Both the position numbers and the translations under genes were made by a program. A stretch of 63,218 nt of DNA, counting the filler, from Lenisia limosa (taxonomy: Eukaryota > Protista > Breviatea), in the NCBI GenBank assembly GCA_001655205.1. It is 13 parts of 13 records of this genome, joined end to end, with 100 filler letters (N's around TTAATTAATTAA, not from the genome) between each part and the next. Parts side by side here need not be neighbours in the genome. Positions count along the whole stretch, not along the records: positions 21,367 to 24,418 come from LPNZ01007004.1; positions 24,519 to 25,785 come from LPNZ01001888.1; positions 25,886 to 36,617 come from LPNZ01002107.1; 10 more parts are not named here. One strand, given 5' to 3'. Shown in pieces: positions 24,059 to 36,570 of this stretch. Each line of letters begins with the position of its first letter. Positions within the stretch are counted from its first letter, which is position 1. The notes beneath the pieces are model-generated. The model worked only from the letters and a program-made list of their open reading frames with translations. It did not search any database and had not been told where the DNA came from.

Positions 24059-24297
24059 CNNNNNNNNNNNNNNNNNNNNNNNNNNNNNNNNNNNNNNNNN
24101 NNNNNNNNNNNNNNNNNNNNNNNNNNNNNNNNNNNNNNNNNNNNNNNNNNNNNNNNNNNNNNNNNNNNNNNNNNNNNNNNNNNNNNNNNNNNNNNNNNNN
24201 NNNNNNNNTCATATCATACTACCATACTCTCACACCTTTATTGCCAAAGTAATAATAAAAGAGACATAGCGTGGAAGCAAAGCTAATATGTTAAGAA

Positions 24298-24396
24298 TAG
24301 GGCTTCACTTTGGTTCGAACAAAAAGGAGAAATATCGATAGTTTTCGAGGATTTATTGAGAAAATCAGTCTTTTTTCGAACTGAAGTGAAGCCCTA
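24298..24396. mobile_element. hAT-type MITE (opposite internal orientation)
   Basis: TAGGGCTTCACTTTGGTTCGAAC...TTCGAACTGAAGTGAAGCCCTA; flanks GTTAAGAA / GTTATGAA (7/8). Confidence 0.9.
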
Positions 24397-24634
24397 GTTA
24401 TGAATACCGCAACATGCCNNNNNNNNNNNNNNNNNNNNNNNNNNNNNNNNNNNNNNNNNNNNTTAATTAATTAANNNNNNNNNNNNNNNNNNNNNNNNNN
24501 NNNNNNNNNNNNNNNNNNTAGTCGCCCTTGGCATCTTCAACCACATCCCACCAGCATAGTCGCCCTTGGCATCTTCAAATCCCACCCAGCATAGTCCCTC
24601 TTCCCTTATTACAGTTATTACATTTATTCTCTAG

Positions 24635-25785
24635 GATGCACAGTTGTTGGCTACAGCGAAGTCCGTTTACCGATCTACTGTGAACCCTGTAAGCCCCTTT
24701 TGGTGATGTTTATTTCGAGTGTTCTATTTCAGCAGCAACATGTATTATCTATTTTATGTTTTTAATAACAATTGTATATAGGCAGCCATTGAAGCACGAG
24801 TTGTTTACCAACAGTTATGTCAGCTTATCAGAACAGGGGGCAGGTTGGTTCCACTAAATTGCCGGCTGTGTAACAATCACCGTTCAGAATAGCCATGCCA
24901 ACTGAAACCCCACTCCTGAGATCCATTGTTCGGTCATTTTCAAGAATGTTTGGCCTTGTTATTCCTTCGGGTTCACCAAGTACGGGGCCCAAATATCCAC
25001 AATTACATTTTTGGTTGATAAATAATGTCCATGAAAACAGGAGGGAGGGAGGGGGGTCTGAAGATGTGACTGATAAGGATGTACTTAACTCCCAATTCTT
25101 CCAGCACTTGTTATTTTGCAGTATTGAATGGTCATTAATATATGTAGTGAGTGGTCCGATGACGTGGATCGAGGCAGGTCCGTTTTCACACGTTGCTAAC
25201 TGGGCTGTTTGTATGGCCGAATTTGCGAAGCTCAAAAAGGTGTGCAGCTATTTGTGTCATTTTTTGTCTTCCCTTAACCACATTCCGAACGTTTTTGAAC
25301 AGTTAATGCCATCATACTTATGGCATTCTTTAGAACCGTCTCCTCTTTAAGAAGTCTGGAGTGGCACGGCCTCCTTCTGTACCGAAACGCACACCTTCGT
25401 AGGTTCAGCAAAGAATCCTTCTCCAGATATTCGTTGGAATAAGGAGTGTCACTTGATATTGGAGTTGCTGATCTCTTTAATATACCATATACAGACTTGG
25501 ATAAGTCGTGACGACCGATTTTCTTTGGGAAATCGTACAGCACATCGGTCAAGACTTATCCTGGCCCTTGTATGTATGTATGTAGTAGTCTACAATCCTC
25601 TATTTGACGGTTTTCACTGCCACGCAGTCCCACTTGCCCCGAGAGCGGAAGTGTCATCGGCAGCCACGCACCAATTCCAGAATCCAACATGGGTGAGGAG
25701 CGTAACGTTGTGGTTTTCCTCATTTGTCGTTTCTCCATACCTTAACCTCTTTTACTGGAGTGATGGGATGCAGTGCTGCAGAAGC
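24635..25785 (+). CDS. Unidentified multi-exon fragment (exon chain ambiguous)
   Basis: Plus-strand GT/AG-bounded segments give DAQLLATAKSVYRSTVNP|AAIEARVVYQQLCQLIRTGG and SGPMTWIEAGPFSHVANWAVCMAEFAKLKK; the later chain is not unique. Confidence 0.3.
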
Positions 25786-26158
25786 NNNNNNNNNNNNNNN
25801 NNNNNNNNNNNNNNNNNNNNNNNNNNNNNTTAATTAATTAANNNNNNNNNNNNNNNNNNNNNNNNNNNNNNNNNNNNNNNNNNNNCGATAATGGAATAGG
25901 AAACAAAGAAATAATCATAACCGTCACAGTTTTTGTTCGGGAGCAAATATTTTTTAGCTCCTTTCAGAAATGAAAAGATCTTTTTTTTAGCTCCTTTCAG
26001 AGATCTCCAACTTCCAAAAAAGAGTCGATAAATACGTACAACATCATATGAAACATTATAAGACGAAAGTATCAAGAAAGCTGTTTTTTTTGGAAGCGGA
26101 TGTGAAGCTGTCGAAAGACTCCAGACAGCTTTCAGTTTTTATGAACCTCTCGAAAGTC

Positions 26159-27622
26159 TCAAGAAACAGCCCCTCGTACCATCCCTTGCTGGCACTTGGC
26201 GTCAAAATCCATAACTTCCCTTGGTGGGAGCTTGAGCATTCGCACTTCTAAAGGTGTCAATTGCCCAATTTCCTATTTATTTTTTTTAAAAAAAAACACT
26301 ATATGATACAAATAGTGAAGGTATTCATCCCCTCAGTCAAGACTTTACCATGATTACTGCATACCATCTAGAACAGTGTAAAATATTATATGATAGTATC
26401 ACGAGATATTACATGTAGTATATTAATAGAATAATATCTCCGTACAGATTTCACCATAAAATGCGAAGCGTATTCGACCAAGCCTCCATATAATGTCTCC
26501 ATTCAATTTATTGAGATATAAAATGTTGAAGTAGGATATACTTTGGGCTTCATTTCGGTTTGAAAAAGACCGGGTGATATATCGATAGTTTTCGAGGATT
26601 TATCGAGAAATTCAGTCTTTTTTTGAACCGAAGTGAAGCCCTAGACATATGAACAAGAACCCCTTTTCAGATACTTTTTTAAAAATTAATTGCACGACCA
26701 ATAATTCAAGAGATTGCCTCAGCTAGATCCCCACGCTTACCAACAAGACTGCCCTCACACGCCCGTCCGTTCTCCGTTGCTGCTACTTGCTCGGCAACTG
26801 CGGACGATTCTAATGTCGGTAAGCATTGACGTCTTGAAAACAACGGTTAGATAGAATGGAGTTGGGTGCTCAAGCTGGATATGGTGAAGATGAGGAAATT
26901 TGAATGAACAAGGCAATTATAACGTCACTGAAAGCTCAAGAAGCAATTAAGCAAAAAATGGATAAGCATCCTCACCATGCGGAGAATGAATAAAGTGGTT
27001 AGAGTACTTATTGGAGAATAAAATAAAAATAAAAAAAAATAAAAAAAACATACGAACCTATTATGCAGTCTTCATTACAACTCAAGACATGTCGAATAAA
27101 CACTTTGGACTAATATCCACGAGAGTTTCTGGTTTCCCCGTTCAACTTCCATGACATAAAGTTCGAAAAAAAAAAGACAATCAAACACATCTTCCATTAT
27201 TTTGCCTTCCACCAGCTGCTTTGGAAAGTGTGTCATATACCGCCTTTAAGAGCTTTTAAATCCTTTTCTCACCAAAAACAACAAAGGCCTTGCCCCTGAA
27301 AATGATGATTTTTCTGATTCGTCCATATGCTTGGAACGCCTTGATCGGTGAGAACTGAAAATGGTTCAAACACAAACATTACCTTAACAATCATCTGTTC
27401 ATTCAAATAGCTCTCAGGAAGGTAGCTGACAACAACGGAAGCATGGAAAGGTAGCCGATTATTGTCGTATTCCACATCCATTCGTCCCTCACGGCTCCAT
27501 TCTTCTCTTTCGTCGTGCATGGTTCTTCTGACGCCATTCATTGGTCCATGTCCGTTTTTCATAAAGCCTGGGTGGGGATTAGCCTGATGGAATCCCCATT
27601 CAGGTGGGAAACCGGTGTTCAT
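26159..27622 (-). CDS. Single-RRM RNA-binding protein, about 4 exons
   Basis: Spliced: MNTGFPPEW...ASVVVSYLPESYLNEQMIVK|AFQAYGRIRKIIIFRGKAFVVF|ESSAVAEQVAATENGRACEGSLV|EVRMLKLPPREVMDFDAKCQQGMVRGAVS*. RNP2-like VVVSYLP and RNP1-like KAFVVF are in correct order. Confidence 0.7.
26543..26643. mobile_element. hAT-type MITE in an RRM gene intron
   Basis: TTGGGCTTCATTTCGGTTTGAAAAAGAC...TTGAACCGAAGTGAAGCCCTA. Confidence 0.85.
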
Positions 27623-28058
27623 CGTTATCTTTTGTCGTTCTCCTGTCTTCTTTCCCAATTATTTCTTCTTCTTTGATAATATAACAATCTAGCACCTTTG
27701 CTGCCTTCGCAGCCTTCGTTGTTTAAAGGTTCAAAGGAATTTTGGCGGGTTAGAGAGTCATGTCAGTTACACACCCCAGGATCTCTGACATACTTTCTCC
27801 AGTTTTCTCTCCCGTTCCTCTCTCCCCAATACTAACATAATAATAACAAGTATCAAATAATAAAATAAACTTATTCAGAAAAAGCAGGAAGTCTGTGATT
27901 GCTAATAAGCTCCAGGCCCTTGGTCCTTCGTCATGTATGTTGCCACCTTTTATTCCTTGAATTTGAAAATTCCCCCATTTAAATGACTTTTATCCCCAAA
28001 TTATCATTGTTTTATTGTACAGAAAAGTTTATTCATCGACGGACGCAACAACACAAAA

Positions 28059-30427
28059 ATGGGACGTGAAGACATTGAACAACACCAAGAATTCCATGCA
28101 AAGTTGGTACCACCACTTCTTTCTGTCTTTACTATGATTTAGATGGTCAAAGGAACAGAAAGAAATCGCTCTTCAGGTATTGAGGATAGTTTCACATTTC
28201 TTCATTCTCAGTGACAGTTGAATTTACAAATTTGGTCTTGTCCAATTTGTAATTTTGTTTTTACCAAATTCACGACTTAGGTAATTGAGCAAGATACTGA
28301 GCCATGGTCTCAGAGCCACACTCAGGACGTTCCTTTCGGTTAGTTTAATTAAGGGACATAACTGTTTGCATTGGGGAGATGGTGAATTGCTTACCAAAGA
28401 TCTTTTCTGACCTTTCAGACGAACTTCGGTACATTGGTGGCGTGGACATTTCCTTTGTCAAGGGTCATGACACTGCGGCTGTTGCCGGACTTGGTCGGTG
28501 GCGGATTATGACAAGGTTGCCGAAACCTTCCACACTTCTTGTTTTTCTTGTTGTGATGATAGACTGCTTTTATAAGATGCTTTAGCCTCTGTGTCGTGTT
28601 TGTCAAATGAACTGAGAGTTGATTCATAAATTTTCATTTTTACTCCTCTAGTCATCTTGTCGTACCCTCAACTCCAAGTGGTGTACCAAGACATGCAACC
28701 CATCAGCCTCGACCTGCCCTACATTCCCCACTTCCTGGCCTTCCGAGAAGCGCCGTATCTTGAGCCCCTCATTGAGAAAGTTCGGAAGGAAAGGCCTGAA
28801 ATCTTCCCCCAGGTTTGCGAATGATTGATTGTTATGAAACATGACATTGATTGCATTAATTGCACTAATTTCATCACTTTTCTTTTTTGCCCGAATGTGT
28901 TCTTTCACTTTGACAGACAACTAATACCCCAGGTTTTGATGGTTGACGGAAATGGTGTTCTCCACCCCCGAAGATGCGGAATTGCAACACATCTTGGTGT
29001 CACCTTGGTAGGACTTCTTTTTTGAGAACAAAATTTTTTTATCATATCTAATGTTATTCTACTTTAAATAAAAATATGGAAATTGAATTTTCAACGAAAT
29101 CTCAATAAGAAATTTCACACGTCTTTTGAACCAGAAAAGCTCTAGTCACTCATAAACTCATTACTCTCTTTTAATCCTTGTTGGGACTGAATTAATGCCT
29201 TCAGGACATTCCTGCCATTGGCGTGGCAAAGAAGTTTTTGGATGTAGACGGGCTCCATTACTCCGATACTGAGGACTGGAAGGTATGCGGTTTGCTGCAA
29301 GCAATAAGATATCGTAGACTTAGTCCGTTGATAAGGACTCGGTACAATTTTCGCATTAGAAGGTTGTGGTATTCCCCACAGCTCATTTTAGGTGTATTGG
29401 AAATCCTCAATAACAGTTCAGGAGGCTTTGAATGGAGAAGCTGGTGCGTCCAAAACGATTATTGGCAAATCAGGGCAAACTTGGGGAGCGGTATGCTTGA
29501 TACCTCTGATAATCTCGTGAACACAAACGCTGTATAATATTACCTAAGCTTTGCAAGTGCCATCACTTTTATACCAATAAATATGACAGGCTATGATGAT
29601 ATTCTTCTATTTTGCAAACTAACACCGCGCCAATATTAACGCTGAACAAGTTATACATAGTTAATGCTGTGTGCTGTATTATCACACTGAGTGGCATCAT
29701 ACCTTATCTTCCATGACAAGTTTTCACAGTTATGAGAGTACTGTACAGTTAATTGATTAAAATGTATCACCATCTGTGACCTTTTAGGCGTTGATCCCGT
29801 GTGAAGGAGTAAGCAATCCCCTGTACATTTCGACAGGCCATAGAGTGTCTCTTGACACAGCAGTGGCGGTNNNNNNNNNNNNNNNNNNNNNNNNNNNNNN
29901 NNNNNNNNNNNNNNNNNNNNNNNNNNNNNNNNNNNNNNNNNNNNNNNNNNNNNNNNNNNNNNNNNNNNNNNNNNNNNNNNNNNNNNNNNNNNNNNNNNNN
30001 NNNNNNNNNNNNNNCGATACTTTTCGAAGATGAATCGAGAACCTTACTCCATTTATTCAATAATTCCAGTCGCTACTGTAATTCAAATCTTCAATCACAC
30101 TCCAGCTTGCTGTTGCCACGGCAAAGGTCAGGGTTCCTGAAGCTGTCCGACAGGCTGACCTTATTTCTCGTGAATTCGTAAGGAAGTGTAAGCTGGCTAT
30201 CGTGAAGAGATTGGTGATCCTTTTTCTTCTGGCAAGAGTAGTATTTTAATATGTTTACCCGGTTGATGAGGACCTTTTTATGTGTTTGTTTATTATATTG
30301 TTTTGACTTTGACATCATCTCCGCTTATTTTATTATTTTTTTTGACTAAATTATTCATTTTCGTTTCTTCATTCTTCTCTTTGACGCTTCAGGTCTCCAA
30401 GATGGTACTTTCGAACCCGCCTCCTAA
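28059..30427 (+). CDS. ENDOV: Endonuclease V (inosine-specific nuclease), about 11 exons
   Basis: [83 protein letters not shown]; stop in [11 protein letters not shown]. Confidence 0.93.
28586..28651 (+). repeat. Family-3 repeat, internally deleted, abutting an ENDOV acceptor
   Basis: CCTCTGTGTCGTGTTTGTCAA...GAGAGTTGATTCATAAATTTTCATTTTTACTCCTCTAG. Confidence 0.5.
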
Positions 30428-30636
30428 GTTNNNNNNNNNNNNNNNNNNNNNNNNNNNNNNNNNNNNNNNNNNNNNNNNNNNNNNNNNNNNNNNNNNNNNN
30501 NNNNNNNNNNNNNNNNNNNNNNNNNNNNNNNNNNATAATGAAATAAATAAATAATTCCTCTACTATACAAAACCATCGTGGTAGACGCTAATCAAAACTT
30601 GTCACCACATCCTTCCCCCTTTCACCCCATCCAACT

Positions 30637-33600
30637 TTACTCTTCTTCTATATCTTCTTCAAGGTTTGACCCCCTATTCTGTTCTTCAATTCTCTTTCCT
30701 TCAATCGTTTCTTTTTCCTTCTCTATTATTTCCTCCTTCTCCTCAACCTTCTCTTCTTCAACCTTCTCTTCCTCTTTTTCTTCTTCCTTCTCCTCTACAA
30801 TTTCCTCCTCTTTCTCTTCAACCTTCTCTTCCTCTTTCTCTTCTTTCTCCTCTAATTTTTCTTCAATCTTCGCTTCCTCCTTCTCTATTATTTCCTCCTT
30901 CTCCTCTTCTTCTTTCTCTTCTTCCTTCTCCTCCTCAACCTTCTCTTCCTCCACCTTCTCTTCCTCTTTCTCTTCTTTCTCCTCTAGTTTTTCTTCAATC
31001 TTCTCTACTATTTCTACTTTTTCCTCTTCCTTCTCTTCAACCTTTTCTTCTTCATCCTTGTCTTCCTCTTTTTCTTCTTCTTTTTGCTCTTCCTCTACTT
31101 TCTTTTCTTCAACCTTTTCCTCAACTTTCTCTTCCTTCTCCTCTCCCCCCTCTCTCGCCACAACCTCCTCCTCAACCTGAACCGAGGCCTCAGAAAGACT
31201 CGCTCTGCTCACTGCCTCCTCCATCTTCTGCTCTGCATCAGTGATTTCGGTGGTGTCGGTCTGGGCGCGGCGCTAAAGTGTGAGAACTAACCTAAAGTCA
31301 AAAAAGACCGGTCAAATACCGATATTTATCCAGGTTATCGAGGTATACAATGTACATAATATATATATGTATATACATATAGCTATATATGTATGTATGT
31401 CTGAAAAGTCTTTTTTTCGGCAGAGAAGCCCTTGAGAGGACTATCTTTTGGTCTGGAAAAGACCGTTAAGATATCAGTACTGATTGAGGAGCTTTAAGAA
31501 ATTTATTCTACTAGGAAAGTCGCTGCAAATTAAAAAAATTAAACAGAAATCCAAATTAGTTCCCACATTGGCATATTGGCTCTCTAGTTGCTCCTTGAGT
31601 AAATCATTTTCCTTGCTTAATTCGGCAATAGATTCTGTCAATTCAACCCTCTTTTCCTGGACAGTCAGAACCCCTTCAACAGCTACCTTCTACCCCCCAT
31701 TTTTTTAACTCTTTCAATGATACCATGGGGAATATACATTGGGCTTCCCTATGGTCCCACAAAAGACTGAATATCTCGAAATCCAATAGAATTGATATTT
31801 CAACGCTCCTATCAAAGCGTAAAAACGACCAACATAAACATGATGGATCAGTCAATATTCAATCATCGACTCCAAACGTACAATTTCTGAGGAGTCTTCG
31901 GCTGCAGTTTCCGATAGCGGCGGGAGGGCCGTGGGACTGGTAGCGGAGTTTTGTGAGGTTCCATCATCAAAAGACCACTGTGCTAAAATGGCTGCGTCTT
32001 CAGGGCTCAGTCTAAGCTGTAAAAAGCCGTTTTGATTATACAGCCATCATCCTTATCAACAGTTGCATACTGGAGTGAGGCCTTCCTGCGAGCTTGGAAC
32101 ACAAGAGCCTTCTTCTTTGTTGCTTGTCTCCTGAGAAATAAACGCAGAATGGAGGGTTAGCGCTCTGGTAAAAAAAAAGGCCTAGTTTCTTCAATATTAT
32201 CGATTTTGTATTGGCCTTTTTACGTATCGAAGAGAAACCCAAAAAAAAAATATCTCAATATGATCATATAGTATATGATATGCCAGATGACGATGGCACT
32301 AGCTCACCACTTCAACACAGTTTCCTTCAACAGGGCGGTCTTTTTAGCTTTTTTAATGAACTTGTGTTTGAGCAGATCCTTCGCTGATGGTCTCTGAAGA
32401 AGTTAACAATTATATAGTTGAAAGGAGAAAGTTGAAAAACTTGTGTCAGGCCGAAGCCGTTCACACCAACACTATAATAAATAAGGTTGTTTTCATAGGA
32501 AAACGGTCAAGTTGAAGTACCAGAAGAGTCACTCCAAATATGAGGGAAGAAAAAACAACAAACCTTGGTGGGATCTTTCTCCAGACACTTTGCAAGGAAG
32601 TCCTTGAAAGCCGGGCTAATTTCAGAGAGAATTGTGGGGGATGGACGAGAAACAATCAAGTTCCCAATCTAACGTATCAGAGACTGCTAAAATAGATGTC
32701 TGGTCATCTAATATTGGCAAAACAAGGACTGAACTGTCGAGAAGCAAAATGAAAATACATAAATTTTTACTGCACGTAATACATTTGAGTTACCAGCAGA
32801 AAAATTATCCATCAGTCCCTCACAACTTTCCATGTTGTGGAATTGCTCATATAGCATCCCAACATGTATGAATGCGATAAGGAAAAAACCAGCAAGCATA
32901 GAGACAATTGGCCCAACCTTTCCAGGATCCTCGTTGAAGTGGGGAGGCTGGCTTTTGAAGAGCTCAATGGCTGTGATACCCAAAGACCAAATGTCACTCT
33001 AAACAATAAAGCTGGTAACTATGGGGGATCTAAGTCTACAGTAATATGCGCTTTTGCTTAACAGACTGAAATAATTGCAAATAAAGAATACGCCATCATA
33101 ACGTGATATTCTATTGCGGTATCTTGTTAAAAATAAGATCTCAGGAATCAGATTTTTAGCCCACTTTTCTGGTAAGTGGCTTGTGGTCAATCACCTCAGG
33201 TGCCATCCAGAACAATGATCCCGCAACCTTTGGGGATGAGAAAAAAAAAAAAAAAAAAAAAAANNNNNNNNNNNNNNNNNNNNNNNNNNNNNNNNNNNNN
33301 NNNNNNCAAGAGTTGCTCCCATACCTCAGCATCACCCTCCACATCTTCCTCCAAAGATGCAACGATAGAGAAATCAATCAGCTTGACCTGGCCCTCGAGG
33401 TTGATCAAAATGTTGTCAGCTAAATAACTGGGTTAAAAAAAGATCTTGACTGCAGGGTACATATTGCGAGTGGCAAAATTTTCAACAAACCTTTCAAATC
33501 ACGATGCACAAGTTGCTGTGAGTGCATGTAATCAACAGCCTTGAGAACTTCAGCCATGATCACGGCAACGTGTTCTTCACCGAAATTCTTCCATTGGACC

Positions 33601-34034
33601 TACGAGAATGAAGCGGCAAACATTGAGAGGCCCCGATCAAATGAATTAGTCCTACCATCTCCAGCGCAGAGCCGCCCTCAACAAGCTCAAGGACAATCCA
33701 GAGCTCCGAACTTTCATAGACAAACGATGTGATATAGTTTGCGATTTGGGGATGATGAAGCTTTGCAAAGAACTCAATTTCGCGCTGCACTTCGGCAACA
33801 GTATTTAGTGAAGAGTCCAAGCTCACACATTTGATGGCAACAATCTCCTGTGTAAGCGTATTTTGTCCTTTATAAACCACTCCAAATCCTCCTTCACCAA
33901 TTATCTCCTCCCTTTTAAAAATATCTTTTGGATTCTTTCCCTAAAAAAATTAGAACGTTCAAAGTCGTGGCAAGTCTAACATTTGAAGAGAAATTATCCC
34001 TAGCGGCCCTTGATGGGCTTGGAGGAGGGATCAT
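30637..34034 (-). CDS. STE20/GCK-type Ser/Thr kinase with Glu/Lys-rich C-terminal tail
   Basis: IGEGGFGVVYKG, IVAIK, VQREI, LWIVLELVEGGS, VHRDLKADNIL, VKLIDFS, GSLFWMAPE, DIWSLGITAIEL..PP, KDLLKHKFI; terminal exon 30637-31224 of EEK(V/E)EE repeats. Start ATG at 34034 is inferred. Confidence 0.88.
30660..31170 (-). repeat. Coding low-complexity repeat (EEKVEEKEEE units)
   Basis: Imperfect tandem units of TTCTCCTC/TTCTCTTC within the kinase terminal exon. Confidence 0.8.
32445..32480 (-). repeat. Family-2 dispersed repeat in a kinase intron
   Basis: Reverse complement AGTGTTGGTGTGAACGGCTTCGGCCTGACA. Confidence 0.7.
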
Positions 34035-34300
34035 TGTCACAGCTATCTCATAAACACTTCAAATAATTATATTCTGTTTTATCTTTGAAATTTTAATAAC
34101 ACAGAGTTATATAAATAAAATAAANNNNNNNNNNATAACTACACAAATTGCTTCATCTGCTTTCAGGAGAAAAAAAAAAGAGCTTTATATATTGTTTTTC
34201 TGGGGATTCACGAAACCTTGTAGCTAGTTTTTGCCTCGGAGAAGTCACGTGATTTTCGTTTTTATAGATTCTGTTTTTTCTCGAAAAAATCTCTTTCAAA

Positions 34301-35697
34301 ATGTCTGACGTTATTGAAGTTCTCCTCCTCTGCGCCCTTCCCGCCTCCGGCAAGTCTGAGACTCGCAAGTTCCTCGAGACTCGTGATGCTAAGTACTGCC
34401 GTGAGAACTTCCACATGGGTGCCACCGCTCAGCTTGATGACTACCCCTACGTTCACCTCATGCGTGTGATCGATATCGCCCTCGGCGAGCTCGGCCAGCC
34501 TGGTGTCTTCTTTGAAGCTCCCGACAAGTGCATGCGTGAGCCTCGTGACTGGGGTACCCTCATTGAGCTCCTCAACATGGACTTCACTGACCTCAAGGTA
34601 GGAAATTGTTCTTTTTTATCAATTTCTTTTTTTCTATGACCATATTTAATGCAATTTCTAAAATATAAATTCTTATTGCATAGGCTATCAACCGCATCAA
34701 GTCTGAGTGCCCCGCTTCATGGCTCCTTGAGCGCTTTGACGCCTGCCGCACCAAGATGGGCGCTAAGGCCGCTTTCGGCGAGATGGACGCCGAGCTCAAG
34801 AAGGTTTGTAGATACTGTCAATAATTTGGATTTACCTCTTCTAGAAACTCGTCGAGAAGATCCAGGAGGAGGCTACCAAGCTCCTGAACGACAAGAACGA
34901 GGCTATCCCCGACTCTCTTGAGGGCAAGACCATCGTCATCGAGTTCGCTCGTGGTGGTGACGAGTCTCACACTCTTCCCCTTGCTGATCCCTATGGATAT
35001 CAGTATTCTCTCCGTTATCTCTCCAAGGAGCTCCTCGCCAAGTGCGCTATGCTCTACATCTGGGTCACCCCTGAGGTAAGCCTCTTCCTTGGCTCTTCTA
35101 CACATATCTAGATATAATTTAGTGGTTTATTGCAATAATATGGGACTCTTTCGCTAATTCGTCTTATCTTGCCTAGATCTCTCGTGCCAAGAACCAAGCC
35201 CGTGCTGATCCCAACAACCCCGGATCCATCCTCAACCACGGTGTCCCCGAGCACGTTATGCGCCACGACTACGGTACCTGCGATCTCATGCACATGCTTG
35301 AGGAGTCTAAGGTTGGTTGATCTCCACACGTCTTTTTCTGTCCTGTTTGACAGACATGTTGACGTCTTTTTTTTTTGTCTTGTTTGACAGGCATGTCTCA
35401 CCCTCCTAGGTCCCCAAGGCCCTGACCTTCACCAACAAGGACGGCAACGACTGTGTTCTCCCCGTCGGTATCTTCGATAACCGTGAGGACAAGACCACTT
35501 TCGCCCGCGACCCCGTCCCTGAGTGGAAGGATGAGGTTTGTTGGGACTCTTCTTGATATTCGCATCATCTGTTGTGTTGTCTAAACTCCTTCTTGTTGTT
35601 GTCAGTTCTGACGGTATAGGACACTGACGCTTGCCGTGTTGAGATGAAGAAGGCCTTCGATGACCTCTGGCTCAACTACCAGAAGACCGTCCTCTAA
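34301..35697 (+). CDS. Uncharacterised P-loop protein of NMP/small-molecule kinase-like fold, 328 aa, 6 exons
   Basis: Exons 34301-34597, 34684-34803, 34845-35075, 35177-35311, 35410-35535 and 35620-35697, all phase 0, GT-AG. Walker-A-like LLLCALPASGKSET, TIVIEFARGG and LYIWVTPEISRAKNQAR. Confidence 0.85.
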
Positions 35698-36044
35698 GTG
35701 TCTTCTAATGCACATTTTGAATCCACATTTGTAAGGTTGATGAATTTTTGTTTGTCTCCAAACCCCTCCCATTCCTTAAAGAAATTACATTACTAGATCT
35801 AAAAAGAGTGACCATGTTAATAAAGAGAGGGATCTTCGGAGGGGCGCTGAAAGAATCAATAACATATCGGGAGTTATTTTGCAATGTCAGCAATATTCAA
35901 CTTAATACCCACCATTACTGTTACCCCTGTAGTTCATTCCTGATTCATGATTATAGAATGAGAATTAAAAAAAAAATTATATCTAACCGAAGCCATCCAC
36001 ACCACCACGCTTATAAGAGAGTAAATAATACTAATCCACCTGAT

Positions 36045-36570
36045 CATTTGGTTGACAGCTTGCTAGCATCCCCAGTATTCCCAGTTGAACAACCAGCTTA
36101 CCTCAGCCTCGGGCTCTTGCCAAGTGAGCGATGTTGGTGCGGGAGAATGCCCACCAAATCTGAAGAGTTAACTCAGAAATACAGAAGAGCGAGTCATACA
36201 AGTTCTCTTTGATTTTTGTTCTGCTTTCGAAGATATGAGAATGAGAAAAAAAAAGAAGTTTGTCCACACCATGGATATTGGATTAGATTATAAACAATTA
36301 TTTGCCTGCAACTCTCTGCACATAATATGATTATATTATATCCACACCGGTATCTATGATCTACTGAAACTAGAATACATATTGGCATCAATCCGCTTTT
36401 TTCCCCTATAAAGTTTCAACAACCCCCTTACGAGCTGCCAATACTAGCAGTATTGCGGAAATATGAGATTGTAGAGGGGAACGCAGGAGTAGCCTCAGAA
36501 GTTTGGATGTGAGCATCGTCATGGTTGTCGTACATGTCCGCCCATCCTTCATTCTGGTAACCTGCAAACG
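36045..36570 (-). CDS. Unidentified exon fragments (gene cut by contig end)
   Basis: GYQNEGWADMYDNHDDAHIQTSEATPAFPSTISYFRNTASIGSS and WQEPEAE|QAVNQMI between canonical splice sites. Confidence 0.4.

Noticed and set aside
24635-25785. ADP-ribosylglycohydrolase or nucleotide cyclase assignment
   Set aside because: Only one helix-like segment resembles the former, motif order does not fit the latter, and the exon chain is ambiguous.
30578-31244. Long Ser/Phe- and Leu/Pro-rich plus-strand ORFs (also 22691-23137)
   Set aside because: Shadow frames of Glu/Lys-rich minus-strand exons.
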